64,000 nt of DNA from contig OY762492.1 in NCBI GenBank assembly GCA_963665845.2, positions 3,808,001-3,872,000 on the forward strand, given 5' to 3'. Both the position numbers and the translations under genes were made by a program. Source of the DNA: Candidatus Poribacteria bacterium. Its GTDB lineage: Bacteria; Poribacteria; WGA-4E; GCA-2687025. Of this stretch, positions 51,231 through 60,441 are shown piece after piece. Under the pieces are notes generated by a model, which was given only the letters and a program-made list of their open reading frames with translations, did not search any database and was not told the DNA's origin. Position 1 is the first letter of the stretch. The number at the start of each line of letters is the position of its first letter.

Positions 51231-51719
51231 GTGCGGATTTTACAGGACCAGTTCGACAAGAACGTGATCGTGACCAGCGTCGATTCGCTGGTGAACTGGG
51301 CGCGCAAGTCGTCTCTATGGCCGATGACCTTCGGCTTGGCATGCTGCGCCATTGAGTTCATGGCGACGGCGGCGTCGCACAACGACCTGGACAGGTTCGG
51401 CGCCGGCGTGCCGAGAGCGACGCCGAGGCAGTCGGACCTCATGATCGTGTCGGGTACGGTCACCATCAAGATGGCGCTGCGCGTCAAGCGGCTTTACGAG
51501 CAGATGCCGGAGCCGAAATATGTGGTCTCGATGGGAAGCTGCGCGACGAGCGGCGGTCCCTACTGGAACCACGGCTATTCGGTCTTGAAAGGCGTCGACC
51601 GCATCATCCCGGTGGATGTGTATGTGCCGGGCTGCCCTCCGCGTCCAGAGGCGGTGCTGGAGGGGCTGTTGAAACTGCAGGACAAGATTACAAGTACGAC
51701 CATCGCGCGTAAAGCTTGA
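51231..51719 (+). CDS. nuoB: NADH-quinone oxidoreductase subunit B
   Basis: [29 protein letters not shown]. Confidence 0.97.
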   Translation: MRILQDQFDKNVIVTSVDSLVNWARKSSLWPMTFGLACCAIEFMATAASHNDLDRFGAGVPRATPRQSDLMIVSGTVTIKMALRVKRLYEQMPEPKYVVSMGSCATSGGPYWNHGYSVLKGVDRIIPVDVYVPGCPPRPEAVLEGLLKLQDKITSTTIARKA

Positions 51720-51730
51720 AAGAGGCGGCT

Positions 51731-52228
51731 GTGACGGCAGAAGAAATCAAAAACGTATTGAGCGAACGTCTCGGCGGGGAAACCGTTGTAGAGCTGTTGG
51801 AATCGGACGCGGACGGGGAGACGGTGTACGATCCGCCGCAGATTGTCGTTGAGGCGGCGCGGATCGCCGAGGCGGCGCTGATCTGCCGAGACGAAGACTC
51901 GCTGCGGTTCGATTCGCTTATGTCGCTTGGCGCCGTCGACAACGGCGAGTGCCTGACCGTACTTTACCATCTGCATTCGATGACGCATCGGCATAAGATC
52001 GCGCTTCGGGCGGATGTTCCGCGCGCCGAGGCGTCGGTCCCGACGGTTGAGCAGGTTTGGAAAACGGCGAACTGGCATGAGCGGGAAGCGGGCGAGCTGA
52101 TGGGAATCGAGTTTGAGGGGCATAGCGACCCGCGCCCGCTGCTTCTCCCAGAAAACTGGGAGGGGCATCCGCTTCGCAAAGATTATGTTGTTCAGGAATA
52201 CTACAAAGGCATGAAGGTACCCTACTGA
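51731..52228 (+). CDS. nuoC: NADH-quinone oxidoreductase subunit C
   Basis: ANWHERE...GIEFEGH.D.R.LLLP..WEGHPLRKD. Confidence 0.95.
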   Translation: MTAEEIKNVLSERLGGETVVELLESDADGETVYDPPQIVVEAARIAEAALICRDEDSLRFDSLMSLGAVDNGECLTVLYHLHSMTHRHKIALRADVPRAEASVPTVEQVWKTANWHEREAGELMGIEFEGHSDPRPLLLPENWEGHPLRKDYVVQEYYKGMKVPY

Positions 52229-53376
52229 TGGCGGCTCCGAAAAAAGCGCTGCGCACCGACGAGATGGTCCTCAGCATGGGACCGCAGCACCCAAGCACGC
52301 ATGGCGTCCTGCGCCTTGAGCTGAAAACGGACGGCGAGGTTGTCGAGGAGGCGATCCCGCATATCGGGTATCTGCACCGCAATTTTGAGAAGCATGCGGA
52401 GAGCCTGCCGTATTTTCAGATCATTCCGTACACCGACCGGATGGATTACATCGCCGCCATGAACAACGAGCTTGGCTTTGTATTGGCGGTTGAGAAGCTG
52501 ATGGAGCTGGGCGGCAAGCCGATCGAGATACCTGAAAAGGCGCAGTATATCCGCGTTGTTGTGTGCGAGATGAACCGCATTGCGAGCCATCTTCTTGCGT
52601 TCGGGACATACGGGATGGACATCGGGGCGTTGACGCCGTTTTTATACGCCTTTCGGGACCGCGAGACGATTCTGGGGCTGTTTGAGGACATCTGCGGCGC
52701 GCGGCTGCTGTATAACTACATCCGCTTTGGCGGGGTGTCGCGCGACTTGACGCCCGATTTTCACCATAAACTGCGCCGTTTTCTGTCTAAATTTGAAAAA
52801 AATATCGACACCTACAACACGCTCCTGACGAACAACAAGATTTTTCTGGAACGCACCAAAGGCGTCGCCGTCGTCTCGGTGGACGAGGCGGTTCAGTATG
52901 GATGGACGGGACCGAACCTGCGCGGATCGGGCATGAAGTGGGACCTGCGCAAGGATGAACCGTATTCGATCTACGACCGATTCGACTTTGAGATTCCTGT
53001 CGGAGAAACGGGCGACTGCTGGGACCGGTACAAGGTGCGCATGGACGAAATGCGGGAAAGCGTCCGCATCGTCCGTCAGGCGCTGGATCAGATGGAAGAG
53101 AACGGGTTGCTGGACGATCCGAACTACGCCGCGAAGGTGAGCGCGAAGCTGCGCCCGCCGGTCGGAGAGGTGTATTTCCGTACGGAGACGCCGCGCGGCG
53201 ATCTGGGGTACTACATTCAAAGCGACGGCACGAATGTCCCGTCGCGCGTCAAGGTGCGCTCCCCCTGTTTTACGGCGTTGAGCGCGATGCGGAAGTTGAG
53301 CCGAGGCTTGCTGGTGGCGGACATCATTGCGATCATCGGCAGCATCGATATTGTGATGGGCGAGATTGATCGGTAG
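52228..53376 (+). CDS. nuoD: NADH-quinone oxidoreductase subunit D
   Basis: MGPQHPSTHGVLR, IGYLHR, DRMDY, terminal GEIDR. Confidence 0.97.
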   Translation: MAAPKKALRTDEMVLSMGPQHPSTHGVLRLELKTDGEVVEEAIPHIGYLHRNFEKHAESLPYFQIIPYTDRMDYIAAMNNELGFVLAVEKLMELGGKPIEIPEKAQYIRVVVCEMNRIASHLLAFGTYGMDIGALTPFLYAFRDRETILGLFEDICGARLLYNYIRFGGVSRDLTPDFHHKLRRFLSKFEKNIDTYNTLLTNNKIFLERTKGVAVVSVDEAVQYGWTGPNLRGSGMKWDLRKDEPYSIYDRFDFEIPVGETGDCWDRYKVRMDEMRESVRIVRQALDQMEENGLLDDPNYAAKVSAKLRPPVGEVYFRTETPRGDLGYYIQSDGTNVPSRVKVRSPCFTALSAMRKLSRGLLVADIIAIIGSIDIVMGEIDR

Positions 53377-53401
53377 CGATCGATAGAATGACGGAGCGGG
53401 C

Positions 53402-54628
53402 ATGAAGCATCCGATAGAAACGGCGGCGGAGCATATACGGGCAACCGCCGCGGAGGCGACCGAGACGCTGAACCTCGGCGGCGCATGGCCGGCGGGCTTG
53501 CCGCTTGAGACGGTCATTCTGCTGGCGCTGGCGGTCATCGGGATTATTTCGGTCACCGTGGTGGCGGGCATTCCGATTGTGCTGGTGCTGATGGAGCGGA
53601 AGGTGTCCGCCTATTTTCAGAACAGGCTGGGACCGACCCGCGTCGGGCCATGGGGGTTGCTGGTGACGCTCGCGGATGGCATCAAGCTGATCTTCAAAGA
53701 GGATATGGTGCCGCCCACGTCTGACCGCAAGCTGTTTCGGTTGGCGCCGTATGTGGTGTTTGCGGCGTCGTTTGCGGTGGTGGCGGTGATTCCGCCGTTT
53801 CAGTCGACCGTCATCGGCAACATGGACTTAGGGCTGTTTCTCTACTTGGCGATTTCGTCGCTCATTGTACTGGGCATCATCATGGCGGGCTGGGCGTCCA
53901 ACAGCAAATACTCGTTGTTCGGCGCGCTGCGCGCGGCGGCGCAGATTGTCAGCTACGAGATACCGCTCGGACTCGCCGTCTTGATGATCGTCATGACGAC
54001 CGGCACCTTAAACATGCAGCATCTGGTGATGGATCAGGCGGACGGAATCCATGCTTGGTATATGTTCCGCCATCCGTTCCTGTTCATCGGCGCGTTCATC
54101 TACTTCATCTCGGCGGTCGCGGAGGTGAACAGAACGCCGTTCGATCTGCCGGAGGCGGAGTCGGAGATTGTGGCGGGCTTCCATACGGAGTACAGCGGCA
54201 TACGGTTCGCCTACTTCTTTTTGGCGGAATACGCGAACGCTTTTATTGTGTCCGCCATCTGCGCGACATTGTTTCTGGGCGGCTGGGCGGCTCCGTTTCC
54301 GTTTTTGAGCGGCGTTCCCGGCATCGTCTGGTTCTTGGGCAAGACGATGTTTCTGGTGTTTATCATGATGTGGATGCGCTGGACGCTCCCGCGCGTGCGC
54401 GTCGACCAGCTCATGTCGCTTTGCTGGAAATACTTTTTGCCGATTTCGTTTGTGAACATACTGGGAACAGGCGTTCTGGCGCTGCTGGAGCGCGAAGAGA
54501 TTGGGGCGCAGCTGGGCGGGCTGTTTTTGAGCGCCGACGCCGTTTCATGGATCGCATTCCCGTTCATCTTGGCGCTCCTGGGATGGATCGCGCATTCGGG
54601 TACGGAACCTGTCCGCCGGCCGTCATGA
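53402..54628 (+). CDS. nuoH: NADH-quinone oxidoreductase subunit H
   Basis: ERKV.A..Q.RLGP, ADGIKL..KED, SNSKYSL.GALR, NRTPFDLPEAESE, PRVRVDQ. Confidence 0.97.
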   Translation: MKHPIETAAEHIRATAAEATETLNLGGAWPAGLPLETVILLALAVIGIISVTVVAGIPIVLVLMERKVSAYFQNRLGPTRVGPWGLLVTLADGIKLIFKEDMVPPTSDRKLFRLAPYVVFAASFAVVAVIPPFQSTVIGNMDLGLFLYLAISSLIVLGIIMAGWASNSKYSLFGALRAAAQIVSYEIPLGLAVLMIVMTTGTLNMQHLVMDQADGIHAWYMFRHPFLFIGAFIYFISAVAEVNRTPFDLPEAESEIVAGFHTEYSGIRFAYFFLAEYANAFIVSAICATLFLGGWAAPFPFLSGVPGIVWFLGKTMFLVFIMMWMRWTLPRVRVDQLMSLCWKYFLPISFVNILGTGVLALLEREEIGAQLGGLFLSADAVSWIAFPFILALLGWIAHSGTEPVRRPS

Positions 54629-54647
54629 AGCGGGAAGGAGCTTGCAC

Positions 54648-55097
54648 ATGGTCAGAAACATAAGCGGTTGGCTATGCGTTTTCCTGACAGCGGCCGCGTT
54701 CGCGGGCTGCAGCGACGTGATAACGCCTGAAGAAGATTATCTGTCGGCGCGCGACGAGGTGGACGCTCTGCGCGCCGCTGTGGAATCTGACCTGGACTCG
54801 GTTCTGCGGGCGGCTCAAGATTTAAGCGACGCGATAGACGCCGACAACGCGAATCAGTTCGTGTCGGCTGGCAGACGATTTGAACGCGCCTTTGAAGATC
54901 TGCTGGACACATGGGACCGTTACAACGGAGCCTGGCAGCGACTCGAATCGGCTGGAGCCGCCTACTCCGAACGATGGCATGATTATGAGGGCGTCCTGCT
55001 TCGAGAGGTTGATAGCAAACTGCGCGACCGCGTCGAAGACACGATCGATGTCGGCGAAGATTTGATTGACTTGCTCAGGGACGCAGGGATCATATGA
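54648..55097 (+). CDS. Hypothetical helical lipoprotein at the nuoI position
   Basis: RBS GAAGGAG, lipobox FAG-C, acidic amphipathic helices, no Fe-S cysteine motifs. Confidence 0.75.
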   Translation: MVRNISGWLCVFLTAAAFAGCSDVITPEEDYLSARDEVDALRAAVESDLDSVLRAAQDLSDAIDADNANQFVSAGRRFERAFEDLLDTWDRYNGAWQRLESAGAAYSERWHDYEGVLLREVDSKLRDRVEDTIDVGEDLIDLLRDAGII

Positions 55098-55182
55098 GAA
55101 ATTTTGAATTTTAGAAAAACGGAAGACAGAGAATGAGACAAACGCGAACACATCACACGACACGGGAAGGCGCGGCTGAGCG

Positions 55183-56154
55183 ATGTCGGTAGGCCTCTTT
55201 TATCTGTTTGCGGCGTTGGCTCTCGTCTCGTCGTTCATTGTGGTGACGACGCGCAACGTGGTTCATTCCGCGTTTGCGCTGATGGGCGCGCTGTTCTGCG
55301 TCTCGGCGTTTTATGTGTTTTTGGACGCCGGCTTCTTGGCGGCGATTCAGCTGCTGGTGTATGTCGGCGGCATTCTGGTTCTCGTCCTGTTCGGCGTCAT
55401 GATGACAAGCGGCTCGCTCGTCATGAAGCTGCGGGCGCCTGTCGGTCAACTGCTGCCGGCGGGGCTGGTCGGGCTGGTACTGCTTGGCTTGCTGATTTAT
55501 GCGTCCGTGACGGCGGACCCGTGGAAGCAGATTTTGATTGCTGAAGACGAGAGCGGCGACCTGAAAACGCAGATCGACGCGGCCGCCGCGGAGGAGGAAA
55601 CGTACAGCGGCGTTCAAACGCAGACGATCCATCCGCGCCTCGTCTTTGAATTTGCCGAGTCGGAAGGGTATGAACGCGACATTTTGCCGACGCGGGAGCT
55701 GTCGGATCTGGTGGAGCGGTCGTTGACCCGTTTGGATACGCAGCGGCTTTATGTGGTCAAGTCGCAGCCGTCGCCCGCGAATCCGCGCCGGCATCTGGTC
55801 ATCGTGGAGCGGCGGGTCGTGTCCTTGCTGGACGAGGCGGACAGCGCGAATATCCCGCAGGAGCAGGCTGACCTGATTGCAAAGGATGTGGCAGAACGGA
55901 CGCCAATCGGCTTCGATGAGCCGATCCGCCGCCGACCGGCGCTGCTGGTCATAACAGGCTTAAAGGGCGGGGCGCGGGAGAAACTGGCGGAGCGGTTCGG
56001 CATTGAGCCTGTGAGCGATCTGAAAACATCAACCGGTCTGGGCGACGCGGTCATGATGGGCGAATTCCTGCTGCCGTTTGAGGTGGCGGGGATTATCCTG
56101 CTGGTCGCGCTGATAGGGGCGGCTGTTGTGTCGCGCAAGGAGATCGAAGCATGA
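55183..56154 (+). CDS. nuoJ: NADH-quinone oxidoreductase subunit J with a large hydrophilic insertion
   Basis: NVVHSA, A.FLAAIQLLVYVGGILVL, C-terminal LLPFEVAGIILLVALIGA; 323 aa. Confidence 0.92.
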   Translation: MSVGLFYLFAALALVSSFIVVTTRNVVHSAFALMGALFCVSAFYVFLDAGFLAAIQLLVYVGGILVLVLFGVMMTSGSLVMKLRAPVGQLLPAGLVGLVLLGLLIYASVTADPWKQILIAEDESGDLKTQIDAAAAEEETYSGVQTQTIHPRLVFEFAESEGYERDILPTRELSDLVERSLTRLDTQRLYVVKSQPSPANPRRHLVIVERRVVSLLDEADSANIPQEQADLIAKDVAERTPIGFDEPIRRRPALLVITGLKGGAREKLAERFGIEPVSDLKTSTGLGDAVMMGEFLLPFEVAGIILLVALIGAAVVSRKEIEA

Positions 56155-56193
56155 GGCGGGCGGAGAGAACGGCGGAAAGAGGCTGAATCGACG

Positions 56194-56499
56194 ATGATCA
56201 CATTAACGCATTATGTTGTGTTGAGCGCGCTGCTGTTTGTGTTTGGGATGTTTGCCGTCCTGACGCGCCGCAACGCCATCGCTATTTTGATGGGCATCGA
56301 GCTGATTTTGAACGCGGCAAATTTGAATTTCGCGGCGTTCTCCAAGTATGTTGTGGGAGGGGTGCAGGGTCAGATGATCGCCGTCTTTGTGATTGTGCTG
56401 GCGGCGGCGGAAGCGGCGGTCGCGCTGGCGATTATCCTGGACATCTACCAAAAAGTCGGCACGATCAGCCCCGACGAAACGCGCGAACTGAAAGGATAA
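56194..56499 (+). CDS. nuoK: NADH-quinone oxidoreductase subunit K
   Basis: RRNAI.ILMGIELILNAANL, AAAEAAVALA. Confidence 0.97.
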   Translation: MITLTHYVVLSALLFVFGMFAVLTRRNAIAILMGIELILNAANLNFAAFSKYVVGGVQGQMIAVFVIVLAAAEAAVALAIILDIYQKVGTISPDETRELKG

Positions 56500-56506
56500 A
56501 CAGCCG

Positions 56507-58660
56507 ATGAACCCGGCGATACTACTGATCATTCTGTTTGCGCCGTTGGCGGCGTTTGTCGTTCAGATACTCTTTGGAAAGCGTCTCTTTGCGCCCAAAG
56601 AGGGCGAACATAACCGCATCGCGGGAGCCGCGATTCCGATAGCGGGCGTCCTTGTCTCCCTCGCGCTGACGCTCATCTACGTTCTGCCGAACATGTTTCA
56701 GCCGACCGACCCGTTCAACCTGCCGGCGGACGGAAACGGCGCCGTCTGGATCGACATGGCGGGCGGCATGGAGCTGCGCATTGGCCTCATGCTGGACAAC
56801 ACGTCTAGAGTACTGCTGTTCATGGTGACGCTGGTCTGTTCGATGATTCACCTGTTCGCCGCCGGGTATATGAAGCTGCGGGACGGGTCGCCGGAGCCGC
56901 GCTACACCCGCTTTTTCGCGTATCTGTCGCTGTTCACTTTTGCGATGCTGCTGCTGGTCGTTTCGGACAACCTGCTGACGTTGTTTGTCGGCTGGGAGCT
57001 GATGGGGCTTTGCTCGTATCTGCTGATCGGTTTTTATTATGAGAAAAAATCGGCGCAGGACGCGAGCCTCAAAGCGTTCATGACGACGCGCGTCGGCGAT
57101 GTGCTGCTGTTTGTCGGCATGGCGATCCTTTGGACGCATCTGGGCAGCCTTCGCTTTGCGGACATCCACGCCGGCATGGAGGCGGGAAAGCTAAGCGGCG
57201 GAGCTTTGACCTTGGCGGGTTTGCTCTGTTTAGGCGGCGCCATCGGTAAGTCGGCGCAGTTCCCGCTCCATACATGGCTGCCGGACGCGATGGAGGGTCC
57301 GACGCCGGTCAGCGCGCTGATCCATGCCGCAACGATGGTGGCGGCGGGAGTGTATTTGGCGGCGCGGCTGCTTCAGGCTGCCGTTCTGGACGCGACAGCG
57401 CTGATGGCGTTGGCGTATGTCGGCGCGTTCACGGCGGTGTTTGCCGCGAGCATCGCGTTTGTGCAGAACGACATCAAGCGCGTTCTGGCGTATTCAACGA
57501 TCAGCCAGCTCGGTTATATGATGCTGGCGGTCGGCGTCGGGAGCTACACGGCGGCGGTGTTTCATATGCTGACGCATGCGTTTTTCAAGGCATGCCTGTT
57601 TCTCGGCTCCGGCAGCGTGATCCACGCGATGCATGACGGGCTGCACCATGTGCATTCGCATGCGGACGCGCAGGATATGCGGAATATGGGCGGCCTTCGG
57701 AAGAAGATGCGATGGACGCATTTAACCTTTTTAATATCGACTCTCGCCATTGCGGGCGCGCCGTTGACGGCGGGTTTTTTGAGCAAGGACGCTGTCCTGG
57801 CGGGCGCGTTGGCTTACGGGATGGAAAATCCAGGGCATTTTCTGTTGCCGGCGTTAGGGTTCTTAGCGGCTCTCATGACGGCGTTTTACATGTTCCGCCT
57901 CGTCTTCGGGACGTTTTACGGAGAATACGGCGCGCGGGCGAATGAACATGACCGCGAGCTTGTTTTGCAGGCGGAGCCGCATTTGCATGAATCGCCGCGT
58001 ATCATGACGATTCCGCTCATCGTCTTGGCGCTGGGGGCGTTGTGGATATTCTGGTCGCCGATGAATCCGATGTCGAAAGGATGGATCGGCGAGACGGTCG
58101 TTCAGCATGAGGTGTGGATGGACCATGGAACGGCGAACATCGCGGAGGGCGCAGCCGACTCGCATGACGATCATGGCGGCGTCTACCATACGGCGCATAA
58201 TATCGCCATCGCGTTGTCGATTGCGGCGGCGGCGGTCGGTTTTCTGTTTGCGCTGCTGTTTTTTGGCTTGCGCGTATTGTCGTCGGAGCGGTTTGCGCGG
58301 AGCAATTTTGCGCGCGTATTGGAGCGGAAATACGGCTTTGACGAGCTGTACGACTGGGCGTTTGTACGGACGCTGCTGCGCGTCTGCAACGGGTCCGGCG
58401 CGGTCGACTTAAAGATCGTGGACGGGCTGGTGAACGGCGTCGGGTCCGTGTTTGTGAGCGCGCGCCGTTCCTTCACATGGCTAACAGGCGCCATCGACAG
58501 GCTTGTTGTGGACGGGGCGGTGAACGGCGTGGGGCGGTCGCTGCGCTGGATCGGGGCGGCGTTCCGGCGGGCGCAGTCGGGCTTGATTCAGAACTACCTG
58601 CTCGTCATCTTCACGGGTCTTGCGGCGCTGATTTTCATTATCGCGATGGGGCTGCGCTAG
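56507..58660 (+). CDS. nuoL: NADH-quinone oxidoreductase subunit L
   Basis: GWELMGLCSYLLIGF, GKSAQFPLHTWLPDAMEGPTPVSALIHAATMV, HAFFKA. Confidence 0.97.
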   Translation: MNPAILLIILFAPLAAFVVQILFGKRLFAPKEGEHNRIAGAAIPIAGVLVSLALTLIYVLPNMFQPTDPFNLPADGNGAVWIDMAGGMELRIGLMLDNTSRVLLFMVTLVCSMIHLFAAGYMKLRDGSPEPRYTRFFAYLSLFTFAMLLLVVSDNLLTLFVGWELMGLCSYLLIGFYYEKKSAQDASLKAFMTTRVGDVLLFVGMAILWTHLGSLRFADIHAGMEAGKLSGGALTLAGLLCLGGAIGKSAQFPLHTWLPDAMEGPTPVSALIHAATMVAAGVYLAARLLQAAVLDATALMALAYVGAFTAVFAASIAFVQNDIKRVLAYSTISQLGYMMLAVGVGSYTAAVFHMLTHAFFKACLFLGSGSVIHAMHDGLHHVHSHADAQDMRNMGGLRKKMRWTHLTFLISTLAIAGAPLTAGFLSKDAVLAGALAYGMENPGHFLLPALGFLAALMTAFYMFRLVFGTFYGEYGARANEHDRELVLQAEPHLHESPRIMTIPLIVLALGALWIFWSPMNPMSKGWIGETVVQHEVWMDHGTANIAEGAADSHDDHGGVYHTAHNIAIALSIAAAAVGFLFALLFFGLRVLSSERFARSNFARVLERKYGFDELYDWAFVRTLLRVCNGSGAVDLKIVDGLVNGVGSVFVSARRSFTWLTGAIDRLVVDGAVNGVGRSLRWIGAAFRRAQSGLIQNYLLVIFTGLAALIFIIAMGLR

Positions 58661-58849
58661 ATGGGCAAAATGCCGACTCTCTTCATCATTGCGTTTGTCG
58701 GTATGGCGATTGGGATGATACTCACCATCCTGACGCCGCAACCGCTCAAAAGAATTGTCGGGGGCGTCGTTGCAATCTTTTTCTGTATCATGTTTCTGCT
58801 CATCGCGTTGAGCATGTTCAATTTTTGGCAGGATAATTTTTCGCATTAG
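58661..58849 (+). CDS. Small two-TM membrane protein between nuoL and nuoM
   Basis: ATG directly follows the nuoL TAG; 62 aa, two hydrophobic helices; fills the intergenic gap. Confidence 0.6.
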   Translation: MGKMPTLFIIAFVGMAIGMILTILTPQPLKRIVGGVVAIFFCIMFLLIALSMFNFWQDNFSH

Positions 58850-58868
58850 AACGTAGAAAGCGACTGGA

Positions 58869-60428
58869 ATGGATTATTTGACACTTTTATGGCTCGTCCC
58901 GCTGGTTGGGATGGGCGTTGTGCTGTTGGCGCCGAAATCGTTCAGCCGGCTGATTAGCCTCGCTGCGACGGGCGTAACATTGATACTTTCGCTGCTCATC
59001 TGGAACGCGTTCGATTCGTCCGTTGCCGGCCATCAGCTGGGTGTGGACGCCGAATGGATACCGCAGTTCAATATCCGGTATCTGGTCGGCGTGGACGGGT
59101 TGAGCCTCGCGCTGATTCTGTTGACCGCTGTCATTGCGATCATCGGCGTCGTCGCGTCCTGGAACATCGGCGCGGAGACGCATAAGGAGGGTACCGAAAA
59201 AGCGTACTTCGCCATGTATCTGCTGCTGGTGTCGGGGATGTTCGGCTTTTTCGTCGCGCTGGATCTGATCCTGTTCTACCTGTTTTTTGAGTTGACGCTG
59301 CTGCCGATGTATTTCCTGATCGGCGTCTGGGGCGGTCCTCGGCGCGAATACGCCGCCATCAAGTTTTTCCTGTATACGCTCTTCGGCAGCGTGTTCATGC
59401 TGGTCGCGATCTTGGCGCTCTATTTTCAAAGCGGAGCGGCGGGCGCGCGCACCTTCTCCATACCCGAACTGGCGGCGATGGATCTGCCCGTACAGGTGGT
59501 GAACTGGCTCTGGTTCGGTTTTTATCTCGGCTTTGCGATCAAGGTCCCCGTCTTCCCGTTCCATACCTGGCTCCCTGACGCGCATGTGGAGGCGCCGACC
59601 CCAATTAGCGTGATTCTGGCGGGCGTCCTGTTGAAGATGGGAACCTACGGACTTGTCCGCGTCAATGTTCAAGTCCTGGGAAGCGCGGGAGAATCGCTGT
59701 GGACATTCCTTGCGGTTATGGGGGTCGTCAACATCTTATACGGCTCCTTCTGCGCGATGGCGCAGCGCGATTTGAAAAAACTGGTCGCCTATTCCAGCGT
59801 CGGACATATGGGTTTTGTGCTGCTGGCGGTCGCGGCGCGGACGCCTGAAGGCATCAACGGCGCCATCTTCCAGATGGTGAGCCATGGGCTGTTGAGCGGC
59901 ATGCTGTTTCTGGTCGTCGGCGTCATTTATGTGCGGGCGCATCACCGCTACATTGTTTATCCCGAAAACGAGGCGGAGCTGGAGATGTACCACATCGACC
60001 AGTCGAAGGCGGGGCGGCTCGGTTTCGGCGGTCTGGCGACCTCCATGCCTGTTTATACAGGCGTCATGACGATCGCGTTTTTCGGCTCGCTGGGGTTGCC
60101 GGGGATGAGCGGGTTCATCGGCGAGGCGCTGTCGTTGATGGGCGCGTGGCGCGTCTATCCGACGCTGACGGTCTTGGCGGCGGTCGGAATACTGGTCGGC
60201 GCGGCGTACTTTCTCTGGACGATCCAGCGCATGTTCTTAGGCAAGACGAACCCTGAATGGGCGGGGCTGCCTGACATCAACGCGCGGGAGCTGATCGCGC
60301 TGGTTCCGCTGGCGGCGCTGGTCATCGCCCTCGGCGTCATGCCGAGCCTGGCGACGGACCTGTCGAAGGCGTCCGTCTACGGGCTGGAGGTGGTTCAAGA
60401 TATGCTCGCGAAGTTCGCTAACCTCTAA
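58869..60428 (+). CDS. nuoM: NADH-quinone oxidoreductase subunit M
   Basis: GVDGLS, FELTLLPMY, K.PVFPFHTWLPDAHVEAP, LKMGTYG, LGLPGMSGFIGE. Confidence 0.97.
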   Translation: MDYLTLLWLVPLVGMGVVLLAPKSFSRLISLAATGVTLILSLLIWNAFDSSVAGHQLGVDAEWIPQFNIRYLVGVDGLSLALILLTAVIAIIGVVASWNIGAETHKEGTEKAYFAMYLLLVSGMFGFFVALDLILFYLFFELTLLPMYFLIGVWGGPRREYAAIKFFLYTLFGSVFMLVAILALYFQSGAAGARTFSIPELAAMDLPVQVVNWLWFGFYLGFAIKVPVFPFHTWLPDAHVEAPTPISVILAGVLLKMGTYGLVRVNVQVLGSAGESLWTFLAVMGVVNILYGSFCAMAQRDLKKLVAYSSVGHMGFVLLAVAARTPEGINGAIFQMVSHGLLSGMLFLVVGVIYVRAHHRYIVYPENEAELEMYHIDQSKAGRLGFGGLATSMPVYTGVMTIAFFGSLGLPGMSGFIGEALSLMGAWRVYPTLTVLAAVGILVGAAYFLWTIQRMFLGKTNPEWAGLPDINARELIALVPLAALVIALGVMPSLATDLSKASVYGLEVVQDMLAKFANL

Positions 60429-60441
60429 CGGAATTGAGCGC

